From NCBI GenBank assembly GCA_030704615.1, contig CM060733.1:41478001-41542000 (forward strand): a stretch of DNA of 64,000 nucleotides, in the 5' to 3' direction. A program made the position numbers and the translations under genes. How positions within the stretch are numbered: position 1 is the stretch's first letter; every line of letters starts with the position of its first letter. This DNA comes from Takakia lepidozioides. Its lineage: Eukaryota > Plantae > Bryophyta. Positions 9,980 through 22,500 of the stretch are shown piece after piece. The notes beneath the pieces were generated by a model. That model was given only the letters and a program-made list of their open reading frames with translations, was not told the DNA's origin and made no database searches.

Positions 9980-12900
9980 TTACTGTTTGGGATTAGCAAA
10001 CCTTTGTGAGCGAGCACCCTTCTGAGGTTGAGAGTCTCGTGTAGGACTCCGTGTGCGAGCCCGTGTCCTGTCACTGGTTGAGGGAGATGATTGAGCACTA
10101 CCTGGAAATGTCAGTCCCTCCTTTGGCTGATATCGAGGTAATCTCTCAGGCATAGGAGACCCCCGTCGCTTCTTCTCTGCCATCTGAATTGCATAGTCCT
10201 CTGGCATGTCAAAAGAGTCCGCTGAAGAACCAGTAGTATGAGAATCGTCTTCCCCCCTGAGGTGTTTTAACTGTCGAACTCTAACTGGAATCCTCTGGGG
10301 CATACAATGTGGTCCCACCATGTCTGGAAGTTTAATCTTTAAAACTTGTTATAAGCGCTGAATTGCAAAATGGGTGAAGACCCTGAACTCCTTGTCTGTA
10401 CAGATGAGTGGTGTGCCAATGACTTGAGAACAGTGCAAGTATTTCCATGCCTCATGTCCCTTAAAGAAAATATCGTCAGGCCCGAATTTCTGTGTTGACA
10501 AATTGTTCCAGGCTGAATGAAACCATGAACGAATTTGTGAATCCTTTTGCATCATAACTTTTGCCTCATATAGGTACATATGAGGTGGCACTGAAGGCAA
10601 GACCCAATGATCCCCACTAGAATAACTCAGAAAGCGCGATTGCATCTTCTGTTGCTCAATGTGATAACGTGCCAGAAAACAAGCAGCATAGTATAACCCG
10701 CAACCCATGACAATACTTGCTACCTCCTTGGTCTTGGTATAAATGTACCCATGTATAACTTGGAAGACAATTAATTCCTTCAACATGGTACTTGCCTCAT
10801 GCCAGTACCTCGCAAAGTGATGATCCTCAATGGGTCGATTGTTCGGAAGAACCTTAGTCCTAGTTGCCACTGGCAGCCAAATGCGCATGATCTGGTAGTA
10901 ATGTGCCAACGACTGTGGAAGACTAAATTCCTTCCAAACCAAATCCAACACAATGGGAATTTGGTTGAAGGGCATAATCATAGCTCGACTGTACTCCCGT
11001 GTAGCAGGAGTTTTAGGTGGGTTAAAAGCAGCATCCCCCCATACCTCCGGCTGTGGCGGTTGTGGTGGCTCTGGTGTGGCTGTAGTAACAACAGGGTCAG
11101 CTACTAACACAGTCACTTGTTGTGGTATTGGTAGCACTGGCTCTCGTACCACTGGCATCTCCGGCACCCCCTGCGAAGAAGACTGAAAAGCTAAAGTTCT
11201 AGCTTGTAAATAAGAAGCCATCAGCTGCTCCTCAGGTACAAAGGCTCTCTTGTCAATATTTGAAGTCAGGTCCTCCACTTGAGTTTGAAGGCCGTCTACA
11301 TCCTCCTGTAGCTCTGCTATCCTACTATAGACATTGTCTATAGTAGTTGTGGCAATGTTCTGCACTTGCAGCCTGAGCTCATTCATCTCGCCTTGGGTGA
11401 GCCTTCGTGGTGCTTTGCCTTCCACCGGCCCTTGTGCTAACCAGACCTGCATAAGGTGGTTATCCACCAAGTTGCTTGTGGCACCCCTGAGAGTCTGCTC
11501 CTCTGTGAGCCTGTACACATCTATCTGCTGCTGTAAAGCCTCCATGCGCTTCGCATGAGGTTCAACCAAACTCGCATAGGCAGCTGCCAGATTATTGGCT
11601 TCCTTCCAAGCCTTGTTAGCCACAGAGAGTTCATTTCTATTTACCATGTGAGTTTGTTGCAACTCCAGGATGTACCTCTCTTGGTCAGCTTCAACCTGCC
11701 TGTATTGCTTGAAAGTATTCTCGTTGCGACAGATCGTATTCTTCATATCAATAATGAGTTTCGTCTGCTCGAGATTATCGGCCTGTGCCTTCATACATCT
11801 TTCCGCTTGGTTGTTAACTTCTAATGTAGTTTGCTCAAGCGTAATTGTGAGTGTAGCACATTGTATGGCCATCCTCTCATGTACTGTTTGCAACTCCGTA
11901 TGTAGTGCATTCACTTCTTGCAAGTTGCCCTCATGTTTCACCTGCATCTGGTATAACTGTTGGTTATGTGCTTCGTGCAACTGGTCCTGCTCGAGGCCTG
12001 CTTCAATAAAATGTTCCTTGGCCAATTGCAAAGCAGCTTTTGTACCCTCTAACTCTTGCTGTAACTTGAGAGTGACCTCCTCATTTGCACACTCAGTGGC
12101 AAGTCGAGCCTCAAACTCCTTCCTGAGTTCCTCCCTCAAAGCTGCCAATTGGGTAGTTGGAACATGGGATTTGACATAAGTGCCCAACAAATTAAGTGTC
12201 ATGCTTATGGAACTCATAAGCATGGCCTGTTGAGGGTCATCATGGTGAGCTTGCTGTTGTTCTCCCTGATCCTCAACAGTGTGATGCCTCACGAACCATT
12301 CAGGCCATTGTCCCACCAGATTTTCTTCCTGAACCACCTCATCCGCTACAGGTGCTGTAGTGTCTTGACATTCTACCTGTGGTACCTCCGTCACAGGTGT
12401 GGGTATTACAACAACAGCAGGGTTTCCCCTGGACAACCGCTGTACCTCCGGAATCACTATTTCCCTGACCAAGTTTGAATTTTCATAGAGAAGGACCACC
12501 CTTCTCAATTTCGGCCACGACCTGCTCTGTAGTTGGTATGTCCAACCTTTCTCCTTCCAGAGCAATTGGTGGTGATGCCACAACATATAGTAATTGTGGA
12601 GCCTCCAAAACAACAGAGTCAATTGGTTGTGGTGGCTGTGACATCGAAGTGACTTCCTCCTCCCTCTCTGAAGGCCCTGCTTCCAATGATAGCAGCTCTA
12701 TGTGTTGTTGTGCCCCTTCCTGCACAAGAGCTTGGGAAACATTATCATGCGGTTTCCGTGAAGCCAGTGGATCCGCCACTACAGTCTTTCCCCTCCTCTG
12801 TCTCTTAGATTGGGGTTGCACTGCTAGTCCACCCTCACTATGTGAAGAGCCTTGCTCTTCAACTGCAGTGATTTCTGTTTCAAACACTCCCATCTCCTTT

Positions 12901-13538
12901 CTCTCCCGAGTATCAAATATGCAAGAATCAAGAATTATTTGAGCAATGATTGGACCAGACACAATGATTGGAGACTTTGCAGTAGTGCCCTGTAACCTCT
13001 TCATCTCGTCCACCAATCCGTTGTACATTAATTCCGCCCAACCGACATCCTCTCCCCTCAAAGCTTTCAGGATCTCCTCTGTGAAGGACCTGCTCAAATA
13101 CTGTTGGTTCTGTTTCATGGCAAATAGAACATTCAAGATTTGGCCAACCTCCCTAAGCCCTGGGCACTTGGCTTTGGTACAAGCAAAACCTTGAGTTTTA
13201 AAGAAACTCCCTTCTTGGAATAAATTTCCTATCTGCAATCTTGCCCTGTGCTCATCCACCTCCACATGTCCTGATGGCAAATCAAACAGTTGCTGCAGGT
13301 ACTGGGGAGTATTTTCTATATCTACTCCCCTCACCTGAGTAACTCATGTCCGAGGCTCAAAGTTTTGAAGAAATTGTATCATGAACTGCCGATGATGCAA
13401 GGACCAGTCCTTGCATAGCAATCCCTCCAATCGCAGCTCCTTCAGTAGCTGCACCGCCTGTGGTGCAGCGATTGTTTGTTTCTGTAAAATTGTGGTGCTT
13501 TTCACCCTGATATCTTCCATTCCTCTCACTCTCTTCAT
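9980..13538 (-). pseudogene. Gypsy accessory (env-position) ORF, ~1,180 codons: Athila-ORF/Transposase_32-like N-terminus, long coiled coil, aromatic-rich C-terminal domain
   Basis: 13344..13661 and 12483..13334 are in frame across a TGA; frameshift near 12483; 10349..12622 and 9980..10321 are in frame across a TAA. Motifs QFLQNF...VRGVDI...LFDLP and GEDVGWAELM...GPIIAQII. Confidence 0.75.
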
Positions 13539-14224
13539 TCTGGACAAACAGACAGGTTTTGGTTGCAACAATTGAAGAAACGCCTGCAGGGCACAAAACA
13601 TAAAAGTATGGTTGGCGCAGAATGCAATGGGTAAGTGCTTGTAAGCCTGTGGGGCTTGCAAGTGTCGACTTAGAGAAAATGTGCTCTCTGGTCGTTTGTC
13701 CTTGTGCCACTGCGTAAGTAGTAAGGCTATAGCTTTGATTGTCTCTCCCGTCGAGACGCCCGTTACTTGGAACGACGCCGACTCTTGCGCTCAGAATCCC
13801 TCCAATTTCTTGATTTCGCTTCTTGGAAAATACCTTCTGCACGTAATTCTGGCTCATGATTGGCTGTTGGCTGTGTGATTGGTTTTGTAATTTAATTCCC
13901 TTCCATGGATTTTCCACTATGGACTGTCCACTAGGATAGCACATGTGACATGGATTTCGCTTTTCGGTACTTTTAAAGGGTTCCGTTACCCCATCCCTGT
14001 ATGCATTAATGGGCCCATAATAAGTTAATGTGTCGGGTAGGTACTTTGACGGCCAGTTTTGTCTTCTTTCTTGATGACACCCGTTCTTGTACTTCATGTC
14101 CGGCTGTGTGTCTCGCCCTGGCGTCCACGTGTCCATTTCTAAACATGCCTCCATCCACTTTTCCGCTCGCCACTCTCCGGATGCTAACCCACGTCCACCT
14201 GTCACTAATCTTATGGATTGTGTA

Positions 14225-14355
14225 ACCCCAGTAGGCTGTGTTGAGCTGTGACAGGACGTGTCATACTGTGGTACGTTGTGATAGGCTGTGTCACGCTGTG
14301 ATGGGCTGTGATAGGCTGTGTCGCGCCGTGATGGGCTGTGATAGGCTGTGTCGCG
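14225..14355. repeat. 30-bp-period GGCTGTG-rich tandem repeat between pol and the accessory ORF
   Basis: gataggctgtgtc(a/g)cgc(t/c)gtgatgggctgt, about three copies; same core as the LTR tract. Confidence 0.85.
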
Positions 14356-14469
14356 CTTGTACTGCCCGTCTTGGTCATATACGCTCGGCCTAGCGACAAG
14401 TGCTCCATACCCCGTTGGTATCACTAGCGCAGCCCGTGACTGCTTCCGCGTTTCAACATGCAAATCGTG

Positions 14470-16221
14470 CTACAATGGCTTGTCATGGATACCACTGTAC
14501 CCCTTCAATTTATTGGCATTGACTCTTCCCAGCATCTCTTTGTTAATGGTTTGTAACATGGCGGTGTTGTTATCATACATCTTCTGTATGACATAAGGTC
14601 CTTTCCATGGTGATTTAAGCTTAGAAGCTTTAATCTTACCCTTCTTCTGCAACCACAAAACCAAATCCCCCGTCTTAAAAGTCTTTAACTTCCCTTCATC
14701 AAACTGGTCCTTCCTCTTCATTTGAATTCTGGTCATATTGTCAGCTGCATCAGCTCGTACTTCTTCCACATGGTATAATTCATGTTTCCTGACCTTAATT
14801 GAATCTTCCAATTCCATTCTTCTTCCCCATTCAGTTCTCATAGTAGGTAACAAGAACTCCACTGGAAGTAAAGCTTCCATACCATAAACTAATTGGAATG
14901 GTGTATACTTAGTGGTGACTTTATATAAAGTCCTGTATGACCACAAAGCTGTCAGCAGCTTTGTATCCCAATCTGTTCTGTTCGCATTGACTATCTTAGC
15001 CAAGATGGTACATAGTATTTTGTTGGTAGCCTCTGCCTGTCCATTACCCTGTGGGTAATAGGTTGTACTCTTTCTATGCACAATCGTGAACTCCTTAGTT
15101 AAGAGTTCTATGGTCTCATTGATGAAGTGACTTCCCTGGTCACTGATAAATTCCAGGGGACAACCAAATCGTGTAAGTATGTTCTCATACAAGAACCTGG
15201 CTGTGGACTTAGCTGTGTTGTCCCTCAGTGCTTTAGCTTCCACCCACTTCGTAGTATAATCAGTGGCTGTGATTATATACTTGTTCTGTGTATTCTTGGC
15301 TGGTGGGTTTATTGGTCCAACAAAGTCCAGTCCCCATTTTTGAAATGGTTCAGTAGGCATCGTAGGATGCAAAGCCATCTTTCCAGATCTCTGCAATGGT
15401 CCTAACCTCTGACACTCATCACAAGTTTTACAGTACTTGTGTACATCCTTGAACAAAGTAGGCCACCAGTACCCGACAAGTAATATCTTCCTACTGGTAG
15501 TCTCTTCTCCAAAATGGCCTCCTGCCACTCCTTTATGAACTTCCTCCAAAACTTTATTTACTTCATGGTGGTACAAGCATCGCTTCAGCACTCCATCTGG
15601 TCCTAGCTTATACATTTTGTTCCCTATCATTGTATAAGGTAAAGCCTTGATAACAATTCTCTTCCTCTGCTCCTTTCCATAACTTGGTGGGTACTGACCA
15701 TGAGTAAGGTAGTATCTGATTGGCCACTGCCAATCTAACCATTCATTTGCACTTCCTTGCACCTCCATTACAAATAAACTGGCATCAGGTAATTGATCGT
15801 CTACTCCTGTGGCGGCCTCTCCCGTTGTTAGTCGTGACAAATGATCTGCCACAAGATGCAAATGGCCAGGCTTGTAAACAACTTCGAACTCAAACTCGTG
15901 CAAGATTATTAACCACCTCGCTATCCTTCCACTTATCAAAGGCTTGCTCACCAGATATATCAAAGCCTGATGATCCACATAAAACATAAACTTTCTTCCC
16001 AATAGGTAATGCCTGAATTTCTTGACTGCATAAATCATTGCTAGTGCTTCTCTTTCAGTTGTGCTATAGTTCATTTCAGCACTGTTCATCAACCTGCTAG
16101 CATAGTACACAGGTGAATCTATATTTCCTGTAACATTTTGGGCTAACACCGCTCCCAACGCTTCTCCTGAGGCATCACAGTGAACATGAAATACTACATG
16201 CCAGTGAGGGTTAATTAGCAC
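14470..16221 (-). CDS. Gypsy pol: RNase H + integrase
   Basis: CDAS, NYSTTEREAL, DHQAL, ADHLSR; GGHFG...CDECQ; WGLDF, SDQGSHF, YYPQGNGQAE; GPY motif. Confidence 0.96.
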   Translation of the reverse strand: MLINPHWHVVFHVHCDASGEALGAVLAQNVTGNIDSPVYYASRLMNSAEMNYSTTEREALAMIYAVKKFRHYLLGRKFMFYVDHQALIYLVSKPLISGRIARWLIILHEFEFEVVYKPGHLHLVADHLSRLTTGEAATGVDDQLPDASLFVMEVQGSANEWLDWQWPIRYYLTHGQYPPSYGKEQRKRIVIKALPYTMIGNKMYKLGPDGVLKRCLYHHEVNKVLEEVHKGVAGGHFGEETTSRKILLVGYWWPTLFKDVHKYCKTCDECQRLGPLQRSGKMALHPTMPTEPFQKWGLDFVGPINPPAKNTQNKYIITATDYTTKWVEAKALRDNTAKSTARFLYENILTRFGCPLEFISDQGSHFINETIELLTKEFTIVHRKSTTYYPQGNGQAEATNKILCTILAKIVNANRTDWDTKLLTALWSYRTLYKVTTKYTPFQLVYGMEALLPVEFLLPTMRTEWGRRMELEDSIKVRKHELYHVEEVRADAADNMTRIQMKRKDQFDEGKLKTFKTGDLVLWLQKKGKIKASKLKSPWKGPYVIQKMYDNNTAMLQTINKEMLGRVNANKLKGYSGIHDKPL

Positions 16222-16256
16222 AGGTGAGTTGTTTAGTTACTGACAATGTAAGTTCC

Positions 16257-17400
16257 TCAAAAGCCTGTTTGACATTCAGCGTCCATGCAAACACTGCATC
16301 TTTTCTTCAGAAGCTTGCTCAATGGTGCTGCTATCTGTGCATACCTTTTGACAAATCTTCTGTAATAACTGGTTTGCCCAAGGAATCTCCTTAGACTCTT
16401 AACATCTACTGGAGGTGGTGAGGCTTTAATGGCCTCTGTCTTCCTGGGATCCACAAGAAGTCCCCTCTTACACACAATGTGTCCCAGAAGCACCCCTGAG
16501 TTCACACAGAAAGTACACTTCTCTGGATTCAGGCCCAGACCTCTCATTCTGCATCTGGCCAAACATAACTCCAATTTATGCAAGTGCTCATTCTTAGAGC
16601 TGTACACACTGAAATCATCCAAGAACACCTGCATGAAATCATCCAGATACTCATGAAAAGATTCACTTATCACTCTCTGAAGGTTGCTGGTGCCTTACAA
16701 AGTCCAAAAGGCATGACTTTGTATGCATAAGCACCCCAGTCTGTAATGAAAGTTGTCTTTCCCTGGTCTTCTTCTACCACTTGCACTTGATTATAACCAC
16801 TGAAGCCATCCATGAATGAGTACATCTCATGGCCTGCCACAGTGTCCAATACCGCTTCTGTGAATGGCAAAGGGAAAGGATCTTTCTTCGTGCAAGCATT
16901 CAACTTCTTATAGTTCACACAAACTCTCGGTTTACCATTCTTCTTGGAACTATCACAATGGGTGACAACCAAGTTGTATACTCTATCGGGTATATAAACT
17001 TAGCCTCAGCCAACTTCTTGATCTCTTCTCCAACTTCTGTGCATAGTTGGGGATTCATCTGTACCTTGCCTGTTTAATTGGTACTGACCCTTGTTCTAGT
17101 TCAATCTTATGCTGACAGATCTCAGGTGGTATCCCTTTTAGATCCTTGTAGCTCCAAGCAAATACATCTCTGTATTTGATGAACAAACTCTTAGCTTCCT
17201 CAAAGAATTTTGGTTACAAATCAGCTTCTACCTTCACCATCCTCGGTTCCTCTTTAGTTCCCACATCCACTTCTCTCACCTGCTCATCAGCTGTGATTGT
17301 CCAACCAGTCACCACTTCATCCTGTAAACTCACAGTGGCTGGTTCCTCTAGGATTTCCATTTTTTCCTTCTCTTCTTCATAGAAATGTTGTGGTAACTGC
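16257..17400 (-). pseudogene. Gypsy pol: reverse transcriptase (frameshifted)
   Basis: RVCVNYKKLN, MPFGLCKAPATF, VFLDDF, LNPEKC, FLGQTSYYRRF across ORFs 16670..16972 and 16257..16673. Confidence 0.93.
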
Positions 17401-17582
17401 TGGTTTCCTCTTCCAATTGGTGTTGCTGTCACTACACCACACAGATACCTTTTAAACAACTTAGGCCTTCTAGCTGCATCTCTGCAACCTGTTCCCACTC
17501 TGGGTGTGCAGTGAACAGAGTAGCTTCTTGTTCCTCATCCAGTCCTCCCATCCAATCATACTCCTTGACCCCTCGAGGTCTT

Positions 17583-18285
17583 TGTCGAGCGGCTTTTACT
17601 CACCCATCCCTTCGCTATCCGAGGTGGGAACTCCAAGATAGAAGAGTTGGAAATCTCTAAGCACTCAGCCCGCTCAGAACAATCAGTCATGACCTACAGC
17701 TAGTGTATCATGGGGGTGTTTCCTATTTGTACTCCTTCCCACATTCATGTTAGCGAGTTACCTTACTATCTGCAATTAAGTATCAGTTGCTTCAGATTTC
17801 TATAATAACTAACCGTCATCCCTGTAGTACACGTTCCTTTTTCAGATGTTGTTCCCCCACCGTCGTTCCTTGCCAATGATAACTGTTCCCCAGCTGTGCC
17901 AAGCTGTGACTGGCTGTATCAGGCTGTGGCGGGCTGTGACTGGCTGTGTCGAGCTGTGTAGGGCTGTGCGAAGCTGTGGCTTCTGTATCAGGCTGTGACT
18001 GGCTGTGTTGGGCTGTGTCGACTGTGCGAAGCTGTGACGACTGTGTCTGATTGTGTCGGCTGTGTCGGCTGTGTCGGACTGTGACGGGCTGTGTTGGCTG
18101 TGCGAAGCTGTGACGGGCTGTGTTGGACTGTGATGGGTTGTGACGGACTGTGTCGGGCTATGTATCTCCCCCCTAAAGCCTTTTGTTGTCACCCCTAAGG
18201 CTCCTATTGGTCTCAGTCTGTGTAAAAATTAAGGGTACCCCACAGATCCCGTAAAAGCGTCTAAGTCCCAAACATCCTTCTAACA
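17583..18285 (-). mobile_element. Solo LTR of the same gypsy family inserted in pol between PR and RT
   Basis: TG...CA ends, homology to 8977..9940, perfect 5-bp TSD GTCTT (17578-17582 and 18286-18290). Confidence 0.95.
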
Positions 18286-18290
18286 GTCTT

Positions 18291-18720
18291 CTCGTAGCAG
18301 GTACTCTACTAGATTTCTTAGTGGTAATTTGTATCTTGTGCATCCCATTATGCACAGTTAGTAACTGAGAATTCCAGTCATGGATTACCCTGCCCTGTTT
18401 CAGCCACGGACGTCCCAATAATAAGGAGTAAGCCTCCATGACTTCATCCATTTTCAACACAGTTACCGTGATCATAAAGATCATCTTTTGTATCTGTATC
18501 TTAACTCCTCTTATCAATCCCAATGGCTGTACACTTCTTTGATCTGCCATTGTTACTGTAAATGGGGCTGGTTTCATGTTACTTTAGAGACCAAGCTTCT
18601 GCCTTAATTGGTCTGTCATGATATTCACTCCATAGCCTCCATCTATCAGTACATCAGTTAGTTCTATGGTTCTAATTCTCAATTGGATTACTGGCATAGA
18701 ATCATCAAAGTCCATGACTG
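18291..18720 (-). pseudogene. Gypsy aspartic protease
   Basis: Manual translation DVLIDGGYGVNIM at ~18615-18655 and LLGRPWL in ORF 18173..18577, in different frames. Confidence 0.88.
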
Positions 18721-18887
18721 CTTCTCGCCCTTCCGGCTTCACATTATAACTGGTCACCTTGCTGTTCAGGTCTGTGTTTTTTCTGTCACATGGGCAATTC
18801 GATTGATTGCTTGATACAGCCTGTGTCTACAATAAGGTGCCACAGCCAATAGCTGTCCAATGGTAATCTCTGCTTTGGTCTGGCATA

Positions 18888-19595
18888 TTACTTACCAGCC
18901 AAAGTCCCTTCATTACTTTGCATGTCTGCAGCTTCTTTCTTCCCTTCATCCTCACTCACTTCCTCTTCTCCTTCAAAATCAGAGGAATCTGCCATAGGAA
19001 TATCAGTACTCTTCTGCATTTCCCTTATGGTATCGGCCACCTCCTTGTGCACTTCCTTCTCATCTCTCCAAGCCTCATCATCTTGAGGCACCTCACTGCC
19101 ATCTTCATTATCACCATCTTCCTCAACTACTGGAGGTATTAGTTTGGCTTTGCTTCTTGTTACTATCAATGTACTCACTTCTGGTACAACACATGGCCTA
19201 ACCATGTGAGCTGCCACCACTGGGCCCTCATTCACAGAAGCTCTCATCTCATTCTGGTGTCTAATCCCGAATGAACAGGCTGCCTTGCGATGTCCTGGCT
19301 GATTACAATAGTAACACAGTTCTTCACCATTGGGTCCTCGCGGGTCTGCTCTAGGATTATTTCTATAATCCTGATTCCCTGTCTGGTAACTCCCCCTTGG
19401 ATTACCCTGATAGTTGCCTCTGGAATTCCCTTGGTAATTCCCTCTTGAATTACCTCTCCCTTCCATGCCATTGTTATAACCACCAGGCCTACCATAGTGG
19501 TCCTGATCACTGTTTCTTCTTGGCTGGGGTTGCACTTGATGCACCCTTACTTGCCTAGGTTCTCTTGCAGCTGTCCTTCTGTTGTAGTAACAATT
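18888..19595 (-). pseudogene. Gypsy gag C-terminal part with CCHC zinc knuckle
   Basis: CYYCNQPGHRKAAC preceded by (GNSRGNYQ)-like repeats; N-terminus missing. Confidence 0.88.
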
Positions 19596-19599
19596 CTCA

Positions 19600-22500
19600 G
19601 TAGAAGGAGGCGGTGCCAAGACTTGCAAGGTAAACAACTACTCTTGTGAGTTGTATCAGGAAACTGGCGCCTTGCGTAAAGGGAGTCAGTTAATGTTTGT
19701 GAGTGGGATAATCTCCGGAACTAACATGTCGTTGTTGGTGGACACATGAGCGTCGCACTCCTTCATGACACCGGCAACGACACGGAAGTTGGGACTCCCG
19801 ACAAGTGATGTGGGGGCCTCTATTGAGGTGCGTTCTGCGAAAGGAGAACCACAATTGGCGATGAGGTTGGCGTTTGATGTTCCTCTTCAGCTCGGGAGTT
19901 GGGAGGGACGTGAGAACTTCACCATTTGCGAGATCGATGGAGTGGATCTCATTTTGGGGATGACCTTTTTTAGCAGATCCGGAGTGGTCATAGATGGCCA
20001 CAAGAGAGTAGTCACGCTACCGTGTGGGAATGGTGACGAAGTTTTACGAGTGTCGGAAATGCCCAACCCCGTGGGAGGGTGAATAAACCTTCTGTCAGCA
20101 AAGGAGTGGGCCGTGGAGGAGTCACACGAGCCCCAATTTTTGCTTTATGTAAGACAAGTGAAGGGAGAAGGCGATGGGGAGCCGATTGGATCAAGGGGAT
20201 TTTGGAGAAATACGAGGATGTGATGCCGGAGGATTTACCAAGCGGCTTGCCACCGCGAAGGGGAGTTGACCACAAGATTGAGGTGATACTGGGATCGGAG
20301 CCGCCTGCCAAGGCGCCCTACTGGTTGAGCCACAGAGAGTTTGTCGAGCTGAAGACTCAGCTCAAGGATCTAATGTCAAAGGGGTACATTCAGCCGAGTA
20401 AGTCACCTTACGGAGCCCCGGTGCTATTCGCAGACAAGAAGGATGGGACGCTGCGGATGTGTGTCGACTACAGGGCTCTGAATTAGGTGACTATCAAGAA
20501 CCGGTACCCTTTGCCAAGAATCGACAACCTCTTCAATCAGTTGGCAGGAGCGAAGTATTTTAGCCGAATTGATTTGCGCTCCGGCTACCATCAAATCCGA
20601 GTGGCGGAAGGAGATGAGGAGAAAACCACGTGCATGACAAGATATGGCTTGTATGAGTTCTTGGTGATGCCTTTTGGACTCACCAACGCACCCGTGACCT
20701 TTAGCACGCTGATGAACAGCCTTTTCCAGGAGTGGCTAGATGACTTTGTGATCGTGTACATCGACGACATCTTGGTATACTCGAAAACAAAGGAGGAGCA
20801 CCTGAAGCACCTCAAAAGGGTGTTCCAGAAATTGTGGGAAGGGAAGCTGTATGCCAAAGCTTCAAAGTGCGAATTCGGGGTCACAAAAGTGGAGTTCCTG
20901 GTGCATGTGATTACATAGGATGGGATGAAAATGGATGACAGAAAGGTGAGGGCGATCTTGGACTGGGAGCCTCCGACTTTGGTCCCGGGAGTGCGATCCT
21001 TCCTAGGACTCGCATCCTATTACCGGAAGTATGTGAGAAATTTTGCCAAGATCGCGGGGCCGCTGTCAGACCTTCTGTGTAAATCGTATGGAACACCTTT
21101 TGTGGTCAAGCTTTTGCCGAGTTGAAGCAGCGGATGGCGGAATCTCCAGTCTTCAAAATCCCGGAGTTCGACCGTCATTTGAGATTCATACGGATGCGTC
21201 GGACTTCGCTATAGGGGGTGTACTCATGCAGGATGGACGTCCAGTGGCTTACGAAAGTAAGAAACTGAATGAAGTAGAGCGATGGTGGCCTACGCATGAG
21301 AAGGAAATGAAGGCGGTGGTGCATTGCCTTGAGCTTTGGCACCACTATGTTGGTTCTAACCTGGTGAAGGTGTTCACGGACAATGTCACGGTGAAGTATT
21401 TTGCCACGCAGCCTAAGTTGTCCCCAAAACAACTTAGGTGGCAAGATACTTTGGCGGTCTTCAACGTGGATATCCAGTACAAACCGAGACGAGACAATGT
21501 GGTGGCCGATGCTTTAAGTAGAAAACAACAGCTTATATTAGTGTACAGGGGCGAGACGGCGCTCCAAAGGAAGATCCAGAAGGCTTACCGGAAGGATGAG
21601 ATAGCGAAGTCCGTGATGCGGGACTTGAGGATGGGGGTTAAATCGTAGTTCTACTTGCAAAATGGACTGCTCCGGTATAAGCAAAAACGTCTCTACGTGC
21701 CGAGATAGTCTCTTGAGAGAATGCCATGATGGCCCACTTGCGGGCCACGGCGGAGCCAAACGCACCGCGGCACTCTTGAAGAAAGAGTATTTCTGGCCCA
21801 AACTGAGGGAGGAGGCCGAGGAGTATGTCAAGACATGCACCACATGCCAACAAAACCGGAGCGAACACAAAAAGCAAACGGGGCTGTTACAACCCTTGCC
21901 GATTCCAGAGGGGTCTTGGGAAAGTGTCTCGATGGATTTCATGACTGCTATGCCGCTGTCAAAAGGATTCAATGCAATCATGGTGGTGGTGGATAGGTTC
22001 AGTAAAATGGGCCATTTCATCCCCACCAAGGAGACGACAACGACACAGGAGACGGGGCGACTTTACTTTGCCCACGTCTTCAAGCATCATAGACTCATGA
22101 AGGATATTGTCTCGGACCGCGATCCAAAGTTTACGAGTAAATTTTGGAGGGCACTTTGGAAGAAGATGGGGACGAGGCTCGAGATGAGCACCGCCTTCCG
22201 ACCTACGACAGATGGCCAAACGGAAAGGGTGAATTCCGTGGTGAAGCAGATCTTGCGGAATTACGTGTCGGCGGACCAATCGAACTGGGTGGAGCACTTG
22301 GACGCGGCAGAGTTTTGTTATAATAACACAAAACACTCCGCAACGGGTGTTTCCCCTTTCGTATTAGTCTATGGAAAAGCACCTCTAGTGCCGACAAGTT
22401 GGGCTGCCCAAGACGTTGAGGAACCGGCAACAACAGCGGTGTTGGAGGAACGCGAGCGCTTGTTGAAGCTCGCAAAGTACAACATCGCCAAAGCTAGGAA

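Larger units (their letters stand above)
8977..19600 (-). mobile_element. Non-chromovirus Ty3/gypsy LTR retrotransposon (Athila/Phygy/Selgy-like), 5'-truncated and decayed
   Basis: Minus-strand order gag(CCHC)-PR-RT-RH-INT-accessory ORF-PPT-3'LTR; RT motif KKDPFPLPF...YSFMDGFSGYNQ is typical of the Athila/Tat group; no chromodomain after INT. Confidence 0.93.

Noticed and set aside
13357-14463. 368-aa ORF after integrase
   Set aside because: No recognisable domain, runs through a tandem repeat and overlaps the better-supported accessory ORF in another frame.
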